From a virus, in IMG/VR virus record IMGVR_UViG_3300010396_000006, positions 1 to 64,000 of that record: a DNA stretch of 64,000 bases, one strand, 5' to 3'. A program made the translations under genes and the position numbers. Below the pieces are notes generated by a model. The model had not been told where the DNA came from and ran no database searches. It worked only from the letters and a program-made list of their open reading frames with translations. Numbering within the stretch: position 1 is the first letter of the stretch; every line of letters begins with the position of its first letter. Of the stretch, positions 28,181 through 38,200 are shown piece by piece.

Positions 28181-28266
28181 GCGGATGGAAGTCGAGTGGC
28201 AGACGGTGTAGCCTCCGGTTTACCGGACTAGGCGACAAGGTGGGGGTTCGAGTCCTCTCAACCGCT
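28181..28266 (+). ncRNA. tRNA-like RNA (pseudo-tRNA) lacking a canonical anticodon loop
   Basis: Acceptor GCGGATG/CAACCGC, D-arm GTC-GAGTGGCA-GAC, T-arm GGGGG-TTCGAGT-CCTCT; anticodon region is TCCGG-TTTA-CCGGA. Confidence 0.65.
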
Positions 28267-28305
28267 TTGGTTAGATTCAATAAATCCCTTTCAAGGATGA
28301 GCAAA

Positions 28306-28671
28306 ATGTCAACTGGAACGACAACGAACGGTGGCACGACTCCGACGACTCCTCATCCAACGCCGGGCGTCACTCCGCCAAAGCTGAGTATTCCGCAGGT
28401 CTTCGCATCTGCCGAGGCAAGATTATCAGCGTGGGCAACCGTCTGGACGACTCATCTTCAGTCTCTGACATTGCCAATGCTCCAAAAACTTCAAGCGGCA
28501 TTGAATGCGGGAACCGCGTTGCCGTTCGGTTTGGAGATCTTCCGAGCGGACGTCGTGGCCTATATTGGCGATGCAATTGCCTACGTGACTGATGCCGCAA
28601 CATTGCTTCAACTGGTCGAGCAATTGACCGCTATCAAGGCTGCGAACGTCGACAAGCCTACTGCCAGTTGA
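28306..28671 (+). CDS. hypothetical protein
   Basis: AAGGA RBS; Thr/Pro-rich N-terminus. Confidence 0.65.
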   Translation: MSTGTTTNGGTTPTTPHPTPGVTPPKLSIPQVFASAEARLSAWATVWTTHLQSLTLPMLQKLQAALNAGTALPFGLEIFRADVVAYIGDAIAYVTDAATLLQLVEQLTAIKAANVDKPTAS

Positions 28672-28726
28672 ACCGTTGGTGATTCCGAATAATCGACAAT
28701 TCTTTCAGTTGAGGCAGGGACGCAAC

Positions 28727-29251
28727 ATGAGTCACAGGTGGATCACAATCGGAATTTGTGCGGCCGTTACCATCGTATCGATGATGGTCCTCGGCAGTTT
28801 CTTTTCAACCGCTGTTCAGCCAGCGATCGCAAAGGGAACTGCACCTGATGTTCCGACAGTCGGCTGGTTGGCTGTTGTGGTCAGCCTATTTGGCGCTGGC
28901 GGGGGTGGGATTGCGACTCTGATCGAAATGGTCGGCGCTCTGAAAGATCAGATCAAGGTTTGGTTTCCCCCAAAGTCAAATGGACAATCCAATCCTATTG
29001 GTGACGTTTTGACTGTCGTTGTTGACGCGAGCCAAGATCGACTATTTGCAAAGTTGATCAACAACGAAAAAGATCCGGCATTGAAGGCCGAAGCAAAAGC
29101 GTTGTGGAAGAAATCCAAACTGGCTCAGATCGACAGGGATGTGCCGACAAAAGATGAGCAAGATCATCCAGCGGACGTGGCGACGATTGCCCAATTGAAG
29201 TCACAACTGGCCGCGATTCAATCTTCAGCACTTACTTCCGGCATTCAGTAA
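28727..29251 (+). CDS. membrane protein (2 TM), holin/spanin-like candidate
   Basis: Two hydrophobic segments then a soluble helical tail. Confidence 0.6.
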   Translation: MSHRWITIGICAAVTIVSMMVLGSFFSTAVQPAIAKGTAPDVPTVGWLAVVVSLFGAGGGGIATLIEMVGALKDQIKVWFPPKSNGQSNPIGDVLTVVVDASQDRLFAKLINNEKDPALKAEAKALWKKSKLAQIDRDVPTKDEQDHPADVATIAQLKSQLAAIQSSALTSGIQ

Positions 29252-29311
29252 TGATGGAAGCTGACGCTGAAACCGTCCGACTGATTCAAGAATTCTGCCA
29301 AAGGCGACACG

Positions 29312-29653
29312 ATGCGAAACGGATTTCTATTCATCAGCCTGTTCATGGCAGTCGGTTGCTCCGGTTTGTTCGTGAAACCTTCTTCAGACGATACGAGCAA
29401 GCCTTCGCCGGGTCCGACGCCGATCCTGAAACACGCTCCGGCGTCTGACGTTTGGGAAGTGATGGCCCAATACGTCGAAAACAAAATCATTACGACGCCA
29501 AAAGAATTGCAGGAATACGTCAAAGGCTTCATCACGAATGGCGATCTGGAACTCGGCGATTCAACCAAGTTCGATCAACAGTTCAAGAATGCATCGACAG
29601 ACGAACGAATGTTGACCGATGCCGACGTCGTGACAATCCGCAGTCTGAAATAG
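29312..29653 (+). CDS. putative lipoprotein
   Basis: MRNGFLFISLFMAVG-C lipobox-like; Pro-rich linker. Confidence 0.65.
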   Translation: MRNGFLFISLFMAVGCSGLFVKPSSDDTSKPSPGPTPILKHAPASDVWEVMAQYVENKIITTPKELQEYVKGFITNGDLELGDSTKFDQQFKNASTDERMLTDADVVTIRSLK

Positions 29654-29690
29654 TGGTCGAGTGCCATAGGGCATCGGAAAGGAATCTGAG

Positions 29691-30707
29691 ATGTCAATCC
29701 CCGGATTCGTGGCGGGTTGGGTGAGTGATCCAAAGCGGGTTCAAGCGGTCATTCAGGCGCGTCAAGCCGCCGGCCAGTTGGTCATGGGGGCCGATTATAT
29801 CGCCAAGAGCCAGCCACAATTGGCCGGATCATGGCAGCGAGCCGTTGCCGGTGGAACAAAGGGAATCTTCCTTCGCGATCACGAGATCAAGGTCTATGGA
29901 CATTACTTGCGGCCATATCTGCAACGCCGCGGAACGTGTGTCAGCCGCGGAACTGCTCGCGGCGCTCAGACGTCGCTGACTGTCGCATTATCCCGTGGCC
30001 AAGTCTTGAAGCCGGTGAAGATCGCATTTGCTCCGATCTATTCGATGGCACGACACGAATTTGGAAAAGACCGTTGCGGAAGTGGAGACGGTGCGATTCT
30101 GGCCGATGCGATGCATGCCGTTCACGATGGCGGCGTGGCGACTGATGAACTGTTCCAAGGCATGACCGAGGATCAGATCGAGATGCAGGCCGTCCATTTC
30201 GCCGCGCCCGGTGTCGGGACGCCGCAAACATGGCTGACTGCGGCCAAGGATCATACGGCTGTCACGTTCTACCCCGAGACGCTGGAACTGATCTTTGATT
30301 GCATCGCCGCCGGTTATGCCGTCCCGTATGCATGTGGATACATCACGGGTCAACCGGACGCCAATGGAATGAGCCGACTTGGTTCGGCCGGCGGACACTG
30401 CCGCTGCTTCGTCGGGGTCTATATCGACGTCAACGGAAAGATCCGATTGGAATCGTCGGAGAGCTGGGGAGCCTTTCCAGCCGGTCAGCCGCAAGACTCC
30501 GACCAGACGGGACCTGTCTCGGCAATGCCAAGAATCACCATCAGGACGGCTGGCGGTGATCATGTGTTGGCCCCAGGGGATGTCGGTGTCGATGCCGATC
30601 AGTTCTGGTCTGCGATTCAATCTGGCGGCGAAGCGTGGGCGATTGGTATTCCCGCTTATCCCGCTTCGAGCGTGGCTGAATCACTCAATGCCAAATCGGT
30701 GACGTGA
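29691..30707 (+). CDS. papain-like (C1) cysteine peptidase
   Basis: LQRRGTCVS (Gln/Cys), GGHC (His), ESWG in place of NSWG. Confidence 0.7.
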   Translation: MSIPGFVAGWVSDPKRVQAVIQARQAAGQLVMGADYIAKSQPQLAGSWQRAVAGGTKGIFLRDHEIKVYGHYLRPYLQRRGTCVSRGTARGAQTSLTVALSRGQVLKPVKIAFAPIYSMARHEFGKDRCGSGDGAILADAMHAVHDGGVATDELFQGMTEDQIEMQAVHFAAPGVGTPQTWLTAAKDHTAVTFYPETLELIFDCIAAGYAVPYACGYITGQPDANGMSRLGSAGGHCRCFVGVYIDVNGKIRLESSESWGAFPAGQPQDSDQTGPVSAMPRITIRTAGGDHVLAPGDVGVDADQFWSAIQSGGEAWAIGIPAYPASSVAESLNAKSVT

Positions 30708-30991
30708 TGATCGGTGGGATGGTAATCGAATGCTGCGAGGTTCCGGGACGGCCTGATGTACTGTTCGTCAATGTGGCCGATCGACCGTATTCAAAACTGG
30801 AAACGTGCGGCGTTCTGGTTGAAAAGAATGAGAATTCGCTGAAGATCCAAATCGGTGACTCGCTTTGGTGGCAAAGCGGAAGTTGCTATTGGACTCCGTG
30901 GCAATCCATGAATCAACGAGACATAGCGATTCCAAAACGGTCTTATTCCGGCGTCACGTTTGAATCGATCCAAGAAAAAATCGATACCTGA
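30707..30991 (+). CDS. hypothetical protein
   Basis: TGATG coupling; IGDSLWWQ. Confidence 0.65.
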   Translation: MIGGMVIECCEVPGRPDVLFVNVADRPYSKLETCGVLVEKNENSLKIQIGDSLWWQSGSCYWTPWQSMNQRDIAIPKRSYSGVTFESIQEKIDT

Positions 30992-31003
30992 AAGGATTCA
31001 CCG

Positions 31004-32944
31004 ATGCATCCCATTAAAGCATGGCTCTGGACGTTGAAAGTCATCTTCGCTTTGTTGTCCTTTGCGGTTCAGTGCATTGGGGCTGATGTCAGCAATCGAG
31101 CGTTGGCCGAAGCCGCCGCGGTCCGGGTTCGTTTGCAGATCGGCAAGAATCACGCCGACCTGAAAGACACGAACCGATTCAACGCTGAGCCTCATCCGGC
31201 CGGGTCTGATCTGGAAACGCGACTGCTGAACGACGAAGCCATCCGTGATCTGAACGAACGAAGATTCCCCGTCAGATCCGATCCAGCACAAGACCAAGAA
31301 ATTGAGCGAGTGAATGCCGTCAATACGGAATTGATGAAGCAGCATAAAGACCTGTCTTCTCAGGTCGATCAGTTGCAAGCCAAAGTTGAAGCCGCTGAAA
31401 AAGCCAGAATCGCGGAATCCGATCAAGTCAAATTCCTGACTGTCAATGTCTGCAACGATGAACTCTGCAACATCGGTCCGGGTTATGTGATCGAGACGGG
31501 CGAAGATTGGTCCCTCGTTCAGACCGCGGCTCACCTGTCCGACCCGAAAGCCAAGCATTCGAACGTCACGATCCAATATGGATCACAGACATTCAACGTC
31601 AAAGAGATCAGTCTCGATCGCAAGACCGACGTCGCGATCTATCGGATTGATGCCGCGTTACCGTTGAATCCGCCTCCGAGTGGACCGGCAATGTCCTCGA
31701 TGTTTGGGCCGGTTCCCAATATCGATCCAATCAGAGTGCAAGATCCTTATGAGACGCCAAAGTCGTCGCCATTTCCAAGCGGAGAGACGACGAAAGCGTT
31801 ACCGCCAATTCCAATCGAAGACGTACCTCCCCCAAGAGAATTGCCATCTGGCAAACCTGCCAGAGGAAAATTCCCATTCGATTATTCGGCTCCCGGTCCA
31901 TTGATGAGGATGGAAACGATTATGCCATCCGCTGAATCCCCAATTCCTCAGACATCATTCAAACGTCATGCCATTGTCTACACGAATGAGAGAAACAAAT
32001 GGCCTGGCTGGTGTGTCGCATGTAACGACTTGAAACGACGATGGGGGTCAGGGAATGCGGATATTGAAATCGAATACTCATCTGAAGCCGCTCCCACTGG
32101 ACCTACAGGTTCCTATCCTCAAATTCGTTTTGAGGATGATCATGGGAAATGGACATGGCCAGCCGTTCGAACGAACGAAGGAATTGCCTATCAGACGATC
32201 ACTGATTTGAACGCATTGGTGCGAAAGATCGACGCCAATACGACGCGATACAATCGCAGTTATGAGGCATCAGGAGTCGCCGGGAAGATTCATGCCGCCG
32301 ACAAGATCCGACAGGGCCAGCAGTATTTCCGACAGTACATCGGCGAAGGAAATTCCGTCTCGATCCTATGGAATCACAGCCAAGGCAAAGTAAACCTTCT
32401 GGCCAAGTCGATGCCACAACTCAGGGAGATCATTGGCACGACGGGACGATTGCAGGTCAACTCGCCACGAGCGATCGGCTTACCGGTGAAAGAAATGGCT
32501 CTCAACTATCAGTTGATAGGCAAAGATGTGAAGCTGAACATGGAACCGTTCACGGTTCTCGGATTGGTCGACAAAATCAGTCTCGACCAGTCGAACGTTG
32601 TCAGGGATGAAACGCAAGTCGTTGGCAGTGGAGCAACGCCAGTTGGGATCATCGGCATTGATGATGCGTTGTTGCTGTACAACATTATCGCGATGTGTCG
32701 TGATATCTTCGCGTTGCTTCATCCGAGCGCTGATTTGATGTTGCCAGATGAAATTGCGATGACAATCACTCTCAATGGCGATACATTCACGGTCGATTGT
32801 GACAAGCCGATTAGTGCGAAACTCACTTGGCTGTTCAGCATGACGCTCGTAGTTCACAAAGTCACGGTCAGTCCATCAAATGTGCATCTTGACTTTGGAA
32901 ATAGCAGCTACTGGGTCAAATCCAGGGATTTTTCAGTCGATTGA
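31004..32944 (+). CDS. secreted/membrane mosaic protein: coiled coil, partial trypsin-like segment, Pro-rich linker, thioredoxin-like CxxC
   Basis: N-terminal hydrophobic helix; LVQTAAHL and DVAIYRI; WCVAC...YPQIRF. Confidence 0.65.
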   Translation: MHPIKAWLWTLKVIFALLSFAVQCIGADVSNRALAEAAAVRVRLQIGKNHADLKDTNRFNAEPHPAGSDLETRLLNDEAIRDLNERRFPVRSDPAQDQEIERVNAVNTELMKQHKDLSSQVDQLQAKVEAAEKARIAESDQVKFLTVNVCNDELCNIGPGYVIETGEDWSLVQTAAHLSDPKAKHSNVTIQYGSQTFNVKEISLDRKTDVAIYRIDAALPLNPPPSGPAMSSMFGPVPNIDPIRVQDPYETPKSSPFPSGETTKALPPIPIEDVPPPRELPSGKPARGKFPFDYSAPGPLMRMETIMPSAESPIPQTSFKRHAIVYTNERNKWPGWCVACNDLKRRWGSGNADIEIEYSSEAAPTGPTGSYPQIRFEDDHGKWTWPAVRTNEGIAYQTITDLNALVRKIDANTTRYNRSYEASGVAGKIHAADKIRQGQQYFRQYIGEGNSVSILWNHSQGKVNLLAKSMPQLREIIGTTGRLQVNSPRAIGLPVKEMALNYQLIGKDVKLNMEPFTVLGLVDKISLDQSNVVRDETQVVGSGATPVGIIGIDDALLLYNIIAMCRDIFALLHPSADLMLPDEIAMTITLNGDTFTVDCDKPISAKLTWLFSMTLVVHKVTVSPSNVHLDFGNSSYWVKSRDFSVD

Positions 32945-32946
32945 AA

Positions 32947-33657
32947 ATGGAACGTAGAAAATTCAAGGTGATCAATGGAATCAGAGTCGACGATCAATTC
33001 GTCGGATTCCGTAAAGGAAAGATCACTCTGCATGGCCATCGATTCAGGATTGGGAAAGAGACGTTCGTAGTCGCCGAATGTGACTGTGGAAATGCAAATG
33101 TTGTGTATTCCGTGACGATCACTCAGGCAAGAATCAAGGCCACATCTTGCGGCTGTGCGAAAATCGAGTTCCATCGTAAACGGCTCACGAAACATAGCAA
33201 CGCAATCAAAAATCATCGAACGCCAGAGTATCGAGCATGGGAATCACTTCAGCGACGTTGCTATGTGAAATCCGACAGTGCATACAAATACTACGGCAAG
33301 CGCGGAATTCGCGTGTTCTCTAAATGGCGAGGCAATGGAGGATTCCAGCGGTTTCTCGCCCATATTGGACCAAAGCCAAGCCATCGTCATTCCATCGATC
33401 GCATTGATGGGGAAAAAGGATACGAACCGGGCAATGTCAGATGGGCTGATCGTGTCACTCAATCGCAAAATCGTTCATGCGTAAAAAAGCTGAAATTTTA
33501 CGGGGAGACAAAAACGATTCGTGAATGGTCGGAAATTTCAGGAATTCCTACTTCCACGATAAGACGACGTCTTTTGAGCAATTGGCCGGAAAAACAAGCA
33601 GTTTGGGCTCCAATTTCTGACACTGGCTGTACTCGCTTGAAGGATGTCATTTACTGA
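32947..33657 (+). CDS. HNH homing endonuclease-like protein
   Basis: CDCGN, TSCGC, YRAWESLQRRC, YYGKRGIRV, SIDRIDGEKGYEPGNVRWA, C-terminal HTH. Confidence 0.88.
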   Translation: MERRKFKVINGIRVDDQFVGFRKGKITLHGHRFRIGKETFVVAECDCGNANVVYSVTITQARIKATSCGCAKIEFHRKRLTKHSNAIKNHRTPEYRAWESLQRRCYVKSDSAYKYYGKRGIRVFSKWRGNGGFQRFLAHIGPKPSHRHSIDRIDGEKGYEPGNVRWADRVTQSQNRSCVKKLKFYGETKTIREWSEISGIPTSTIRRRLLSNWPEKQAVWAPISDTGCTRLKDVIY

Positions 33658-33724
33658 CATTGCGGCTTTCCTGTAGACTGATCTCGTTCGCGTTCTGCTC
33701 GTTCCCTTTCAGGACTCTCAAATC

Positions 33725-34276
33725 ATGGACTCAATTAATCGACGTGGAATTCTCGGAGTCATCATCGCGGCTCTGTTTGCTCCGCTTGTGAAGATCGCAT
33801 CGGCCTCAACCGTCGCCAAGCCAAAGCGAAAACTCAAAATTACCTATGAGAAAATTGCGGATGGCGGATGGCTTGGGAAAGTTGTCGGGTCAGAAAAAGA
33901 TCTGATCGCGTTTTATGAGGCATGGAAAACCTCAATGTGGCCTGAGTGGAGAACGGACGCCTCGGATCACGGACGTAATGAATACGAGAAATACAAATCG
34001 CAAATCGCCGAAGGATTGTGTGGACTGTTCTGGCTCGGCTTTAAATCGGAGGACTGGCTTGTCAGATCGTTTGGCGATGCCGTTGAATCCTGTTGGGATA
34101 GATGCGATAGCGTTGAACCGATGCCGGACGAAGTCTGCCGTCGTCATGGTATTTCACGAGCTACCGGAACTAGGACCTGCGGATTAATGTCGTATTGGAC
34201 AGACGAGACGGAACTTCTGAAAGAATGGCGAGTGATTGAAAAGGTTCGCCACGGTAAAAATCAGGCCAATTGTTAA
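33725..34276 (+). CDS. hypothetical protein with twin-arginine-like signal peptide
   Basis: INRRGILGVIIAALFAPLVKIASA. Confidence 0.7.
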   Translation: MDSINRRGILGVIIAALFAPLVKIASASTVAKPKRKLKITYEKIADGGWLGKVVGSEKDLIAFYEAWKTSMWPEWRTDASDHGRNEYEKYKSQIAEGLCGLFWLGFKSEDWLVRSFGDAVESCWDRCDSVEPMPDEVCRRHGISRATGTRTCGLMSYWTDETELLKEWRVIEKVRHGKNQANC

Positions 34277-34515
34277 TCAAGATCTGGACTGCAATCAACC
34301 AATCTGCTCAAATCCCGTTCATCAGGAGCGACTTCTGCAAAGTCTTTCAATCTGATCAGGAAAAACCTGACGAATAGGCTATCCCGTTCAGTTGCAAGAA
34401 ATGTGGAAAACCACGTAGCCTTTTTGCGTGGCGTCGACTCAGTCTTTCATTGATTTTGGAACGATCGATGCCCAATCCATTCCTAGACGTTGTTTCACGC
34501 AAACGCGAGGGTATC

Positions 34516-35079
34516 ATGGCATCACACGTTCTGAATTCGTTTACCGACTCCCATGAATGGACGTTCCGTCATCAAACAGCCGCGGTCAAGCCGGTTCGGC
34601 GGAATCACCACAACGTAATTCACAACAGGGATTTCATGATGAAAGCCTGCCTCTTGCTCGTGGTGTTGCTCGCAACCGATGCGAGTGCCGTAACAGCCGC
34701 AATCGAGACCCGCGATACAATGTGGTCTGATTTAGCGGCTGCCTCATTCGGCGGCACGATGGGTGTGCTGGTTGGCATTTCTCAATATCGTGGTTCGTGG
34801 CGTCCGCAAGATCTCCCCGGACTCGGCCAGGAACTGATGGGAAACTTCTGCTTGGCAATCGTCGGCGGCATCTGGCTGGCTCGGTTGCTGGCTCCTTGGT
34901 TCTTGCAAAAGGCTGATGTCTATTGGATCTGGGCAACGTCTGCGGCCATGTGCATCGGCGGCATGATTGTCGTGAAGACGGTGATTCAGTATCTGCCTGA
35001 ATGGGTATTGGGGGCCATGAACATCAATCGAAAGCCGGCGGTTCCTGTCGTGCCGGAGATGCCCAAAAGTGACGTTTGA
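34516..35079 (+). CDS. multi-pass membrane protein, holin candidate
   Basis: 3-4 hydrophobic segments; alternative start at 34636. Confidence 0.55.
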   Translation: MASHVLNSFTDSHEWTFRHQTAAVKPVRRNHHNVIHNRDFMMKACLLLVVLLATDASAVTAAIETRDTMWSDLAAASFGGTMGVLVGISQYRGSWRPQDLPGLGQELMGNFCLAIVGGIWLARLLAPWFLQKADVYWIWATSAAMCIGGMIVVKTVIQYLPEWVLGAMNINRKPAVPVVPEMPKSDV

Positions 35080-35177
35080 TGGATGATCTTCCATTCGCCG
35101 TGAAGCTGATTTTGTGCTGTCTTGCGGGGATGGCTGGCGGTGCTTTGATGATTGCGATCTTCGGTGATCGGTTGTAA
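35079..35177 (+). CDS. 32-aa single-TM peptide (not in ORF track)
   Basis: TGATG coupling; MDDLPFAVKLILCCLAGMAGGALMIAIFGDRL. Confidence 0.5.
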   Translation: MDDLPFAVKLILCCLAGMAGGALMIAIFGDRL

Positions 35178-35253
35178 ACAGATTGCCGTTAAACATTTGA
35201 TGCGATAAACTCGCCCGTGAACGGATTCCACTCCCTCACGGGCGAGTTGCATT

Positions 35254-38200
35254 ATGACTGGCGTAACGGCTCCCGATCGTTTCAATGGTGGCGAAGAGGT
35301 CCTATTTCCGCCAGATCAAGGGACTGTCGGTCAAGCGATGGTATCGCTTGGGAATGGCCAATCCGCTTGGCAAGACGTTGGAACTGTCCGATCTGTGGCA
35401 GTCGCCACGGCCAACGGATTCACCGGAGTCTCCAGCGGCGGACCTAATCCCGTTCTGACGCTAACCTATCAACTGACGGCTCCCGGACCGTCAACGCTGG
35501 GCGGCGTGAACTCGATTGCGGCCGTGTCCCATCAGTGGATCAGTTCGATCACCACTGCCGGCCAGCCGATTCTGACTCAGCCCGCCTTTGCGGATATCGC
35601 TGGGCTGGGGTCCATGGCGCAGCAAAGTGCCGCATCGGTGGCCATCACGGGCGGTTCGATCACTGGAATGCCATCGCCAGTGAACGCCAGCGATGTTGTG
35701 ACAAAAGCTTATTGCGATGCGATGACGTCCAATCTCTCGCAGAAAAACGCCTGTCTGGTGGCGACGACAGCACAACTGACAGCAACCTACAACAATGGTT
35801 CCAGTGGTGTCGGGGCGACACTGACGAATTCTGGATCTCAGGCCGCATTGTCGATTGACAGTGTTGTGTTGCCATTGAATGCCCGAGTGCTGGTAAAAGA
35901 TCAAACCAGCAATACATTCCAAAACGGTATCTTTTCGCTCACGAACCAAGGCAGTGGTTCAACGAACTGGGTATTGACGCGAACATCTGATTTTGACGGG
36001 TCCATCGGACCAAATGGAGGAATCACCGCTGGTTCGTATACGGTGATTCAATCAGGATCAGTCAACGCCGGTACGCTCTGGGTTGAGACAGGCGAAGGGC
36101 CATTTACGGTCGGTACGACGCCAATCCTATTTACGAAATTGTCAGCGGCGAGCCAGACTCTAACGCTCACTGGCGATGTGACCGGAACCGGCGCAGCATC
36201 GATTGCAGTGACAGTCACTCAGATCAATGGGGTGGCATTGGGCAATACGGCAGCGACGGCCGGTCATCTGCTGATTGGGAGTGGCACGAATTGGGCCTCC
36301 CAGACGGTTGGCGGCGACGGAACATTGAACAGTTCCGGTTCGCTGACAATCACAAAAACCAATGGCGTCAATTTCACGAGTGCAGCAACGACGGCCATCG
36401 GCACAAGCGGGGCAACAATTCCGCTTCTCAATGCTGAAAATACATGGTCGGCCCAACAGGATTACACAACCGGCGTATCGTTGACGTCCGGTCATGCGTT
36501 GCTGCTGAACGGATCAGCCGACCAGAACTGGCGGCTTGGTCTCGGCATCAATGCCTATACCGTCACGACAGTCGGATCAACAACGTCGATTCAGGTTGTT
36601 TATGGATCAGGATCAAGCGGACCCGATGGAATGGCATTTGGTCCCACGGGCGGATCGTCAACGCTGGAACTTCGTGGTGATGACAATTCGGCCTACTTCC
36701 GCGGTCCGGTTCGGATGGCGAATTATTCGACCGGAGTTGCTCAGTTCGATGGATCAGGCAATCTGAGCAGCGGTCCCTATGCGGCATCCGCAGCGACATT
36801 ACTGGGATCTGTTCTGAATTCCACGGTTGTCACATCGTCGCTGACATCGGTCGGAACGATCGGAACGGGAACTTGGCAGGGCAGTGTTGTCGCCGGTCAA
36901 TACGGGGGAACCGGCGTTGCAAATACCGGACTCACGCTGACTTTGAGCGCCAACAATGCCGTTTCCTCCTGGGCAATCACCGGCAACGCTGTTGCGTCTG
37001 TCTCACCGATCCAAATCACGGGAACAATCTTCTCTGGGACGAATGCCGTCCCCTACATGCTGATCTCGCCCACGGGGACGACACTGACGTTTCCGTGGAG
37101 TTCGCTCGGAACGATGCTGGCGGCAAATCTCAGTGCAGGATTTGTCGGCGATTACCTAAATCTCCGACGTAGCGGTCAAACATCTCCAGATTTCATTTTT
37201 AGCAGTACGGGAGCAATTACCTACGGTGGAAATCTGGTCTCGAAAGTGCCGTTCAATCAATTCAACGATAGCGTTGGCCTGGGCGTTCTCTCATTCGATG
37301 CCAATTATGTCTGGGGATTTAGGAACTCAACGCTCGGACCTAATGAACTCCGGGTCTATGGAACCTATTCGAATGGGGCGAACTACGAACGTCTGGTCAT
37401 TCGCACGGCGGCAGGGACGCATACGATCGGAACCGAGAATGCTGGAACCGGCGTTGCTCGCGCTCTGAACATCGAGACAGCCGGCACGACAGCCATCGCA
37501 ATCGATACTTCGCAAAATGTGTCTGTCTCATCTCTGACGGCCTCTCGCCCAGTCGGAACTGATGGATCGAAGAATCTCGTCAGCTTGACAATCACGGGGA
37601 CTGGGGCCGCCGTCCTGTCTACGGGACCAACGCTCACAAATCCCATCGTTGGAACCCAATCACCCGGAGACAATTCTACCAAAGCGGCGTCTACGGCTTA
37701 CGTCGCGACGGCCGTCTCAAATGCGGCCTACACGTTGCCAATCGCAAGTACATCGATTCTGGGCGGCGTGAAAGTCGATGGCACGACGATCACGATTAAT
37801 GGCAGCGGGGTAATCAGTTCGACTGGAGGCGGTTCAGGAACGGTTACAACGATCTCCGTGACGGCCAATAATGGAATCACGCAATCTGTCTCGAATCCGA
37901 CCACGACACCAAACATCACGCTCGGACTCGGCAATATCACTCCGACGTCGGTCTCAACCGGAACAGTGACGCTCACAGGGACATTGGCGCTCAAGAACGG
38001 TTCGAATGCCAATATCCTGAATCTGCAAGCCGGAGTAACGGCCAGCACCATCACATTCACACTGCCAACGGCCGATGGAACGGTCGGCCAAACTCTCATC
38101 ACAGACGGTTCACAGAATTGGTCATTTGGAACTCTCTCAGTGGCTGGCGGCGGAACAGGGGCCATGACACTGACGGGATTGGTGAAAGGCAACGGAACTT

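Noticed and set aside
28181-28266. Functional ochre-suppressor tRNA (TTA anticodon) or alternative genetic code
   Set aside because: No 7-nt anticodon loop can be formed, and TAA, TAG and TGA all end well-formed genes with tight coupling
32947-33657. HNH gene as part of a group I intron
   Set aside because: Flanking genes are complete and unrelated; no intron core seen; treated as free-standing
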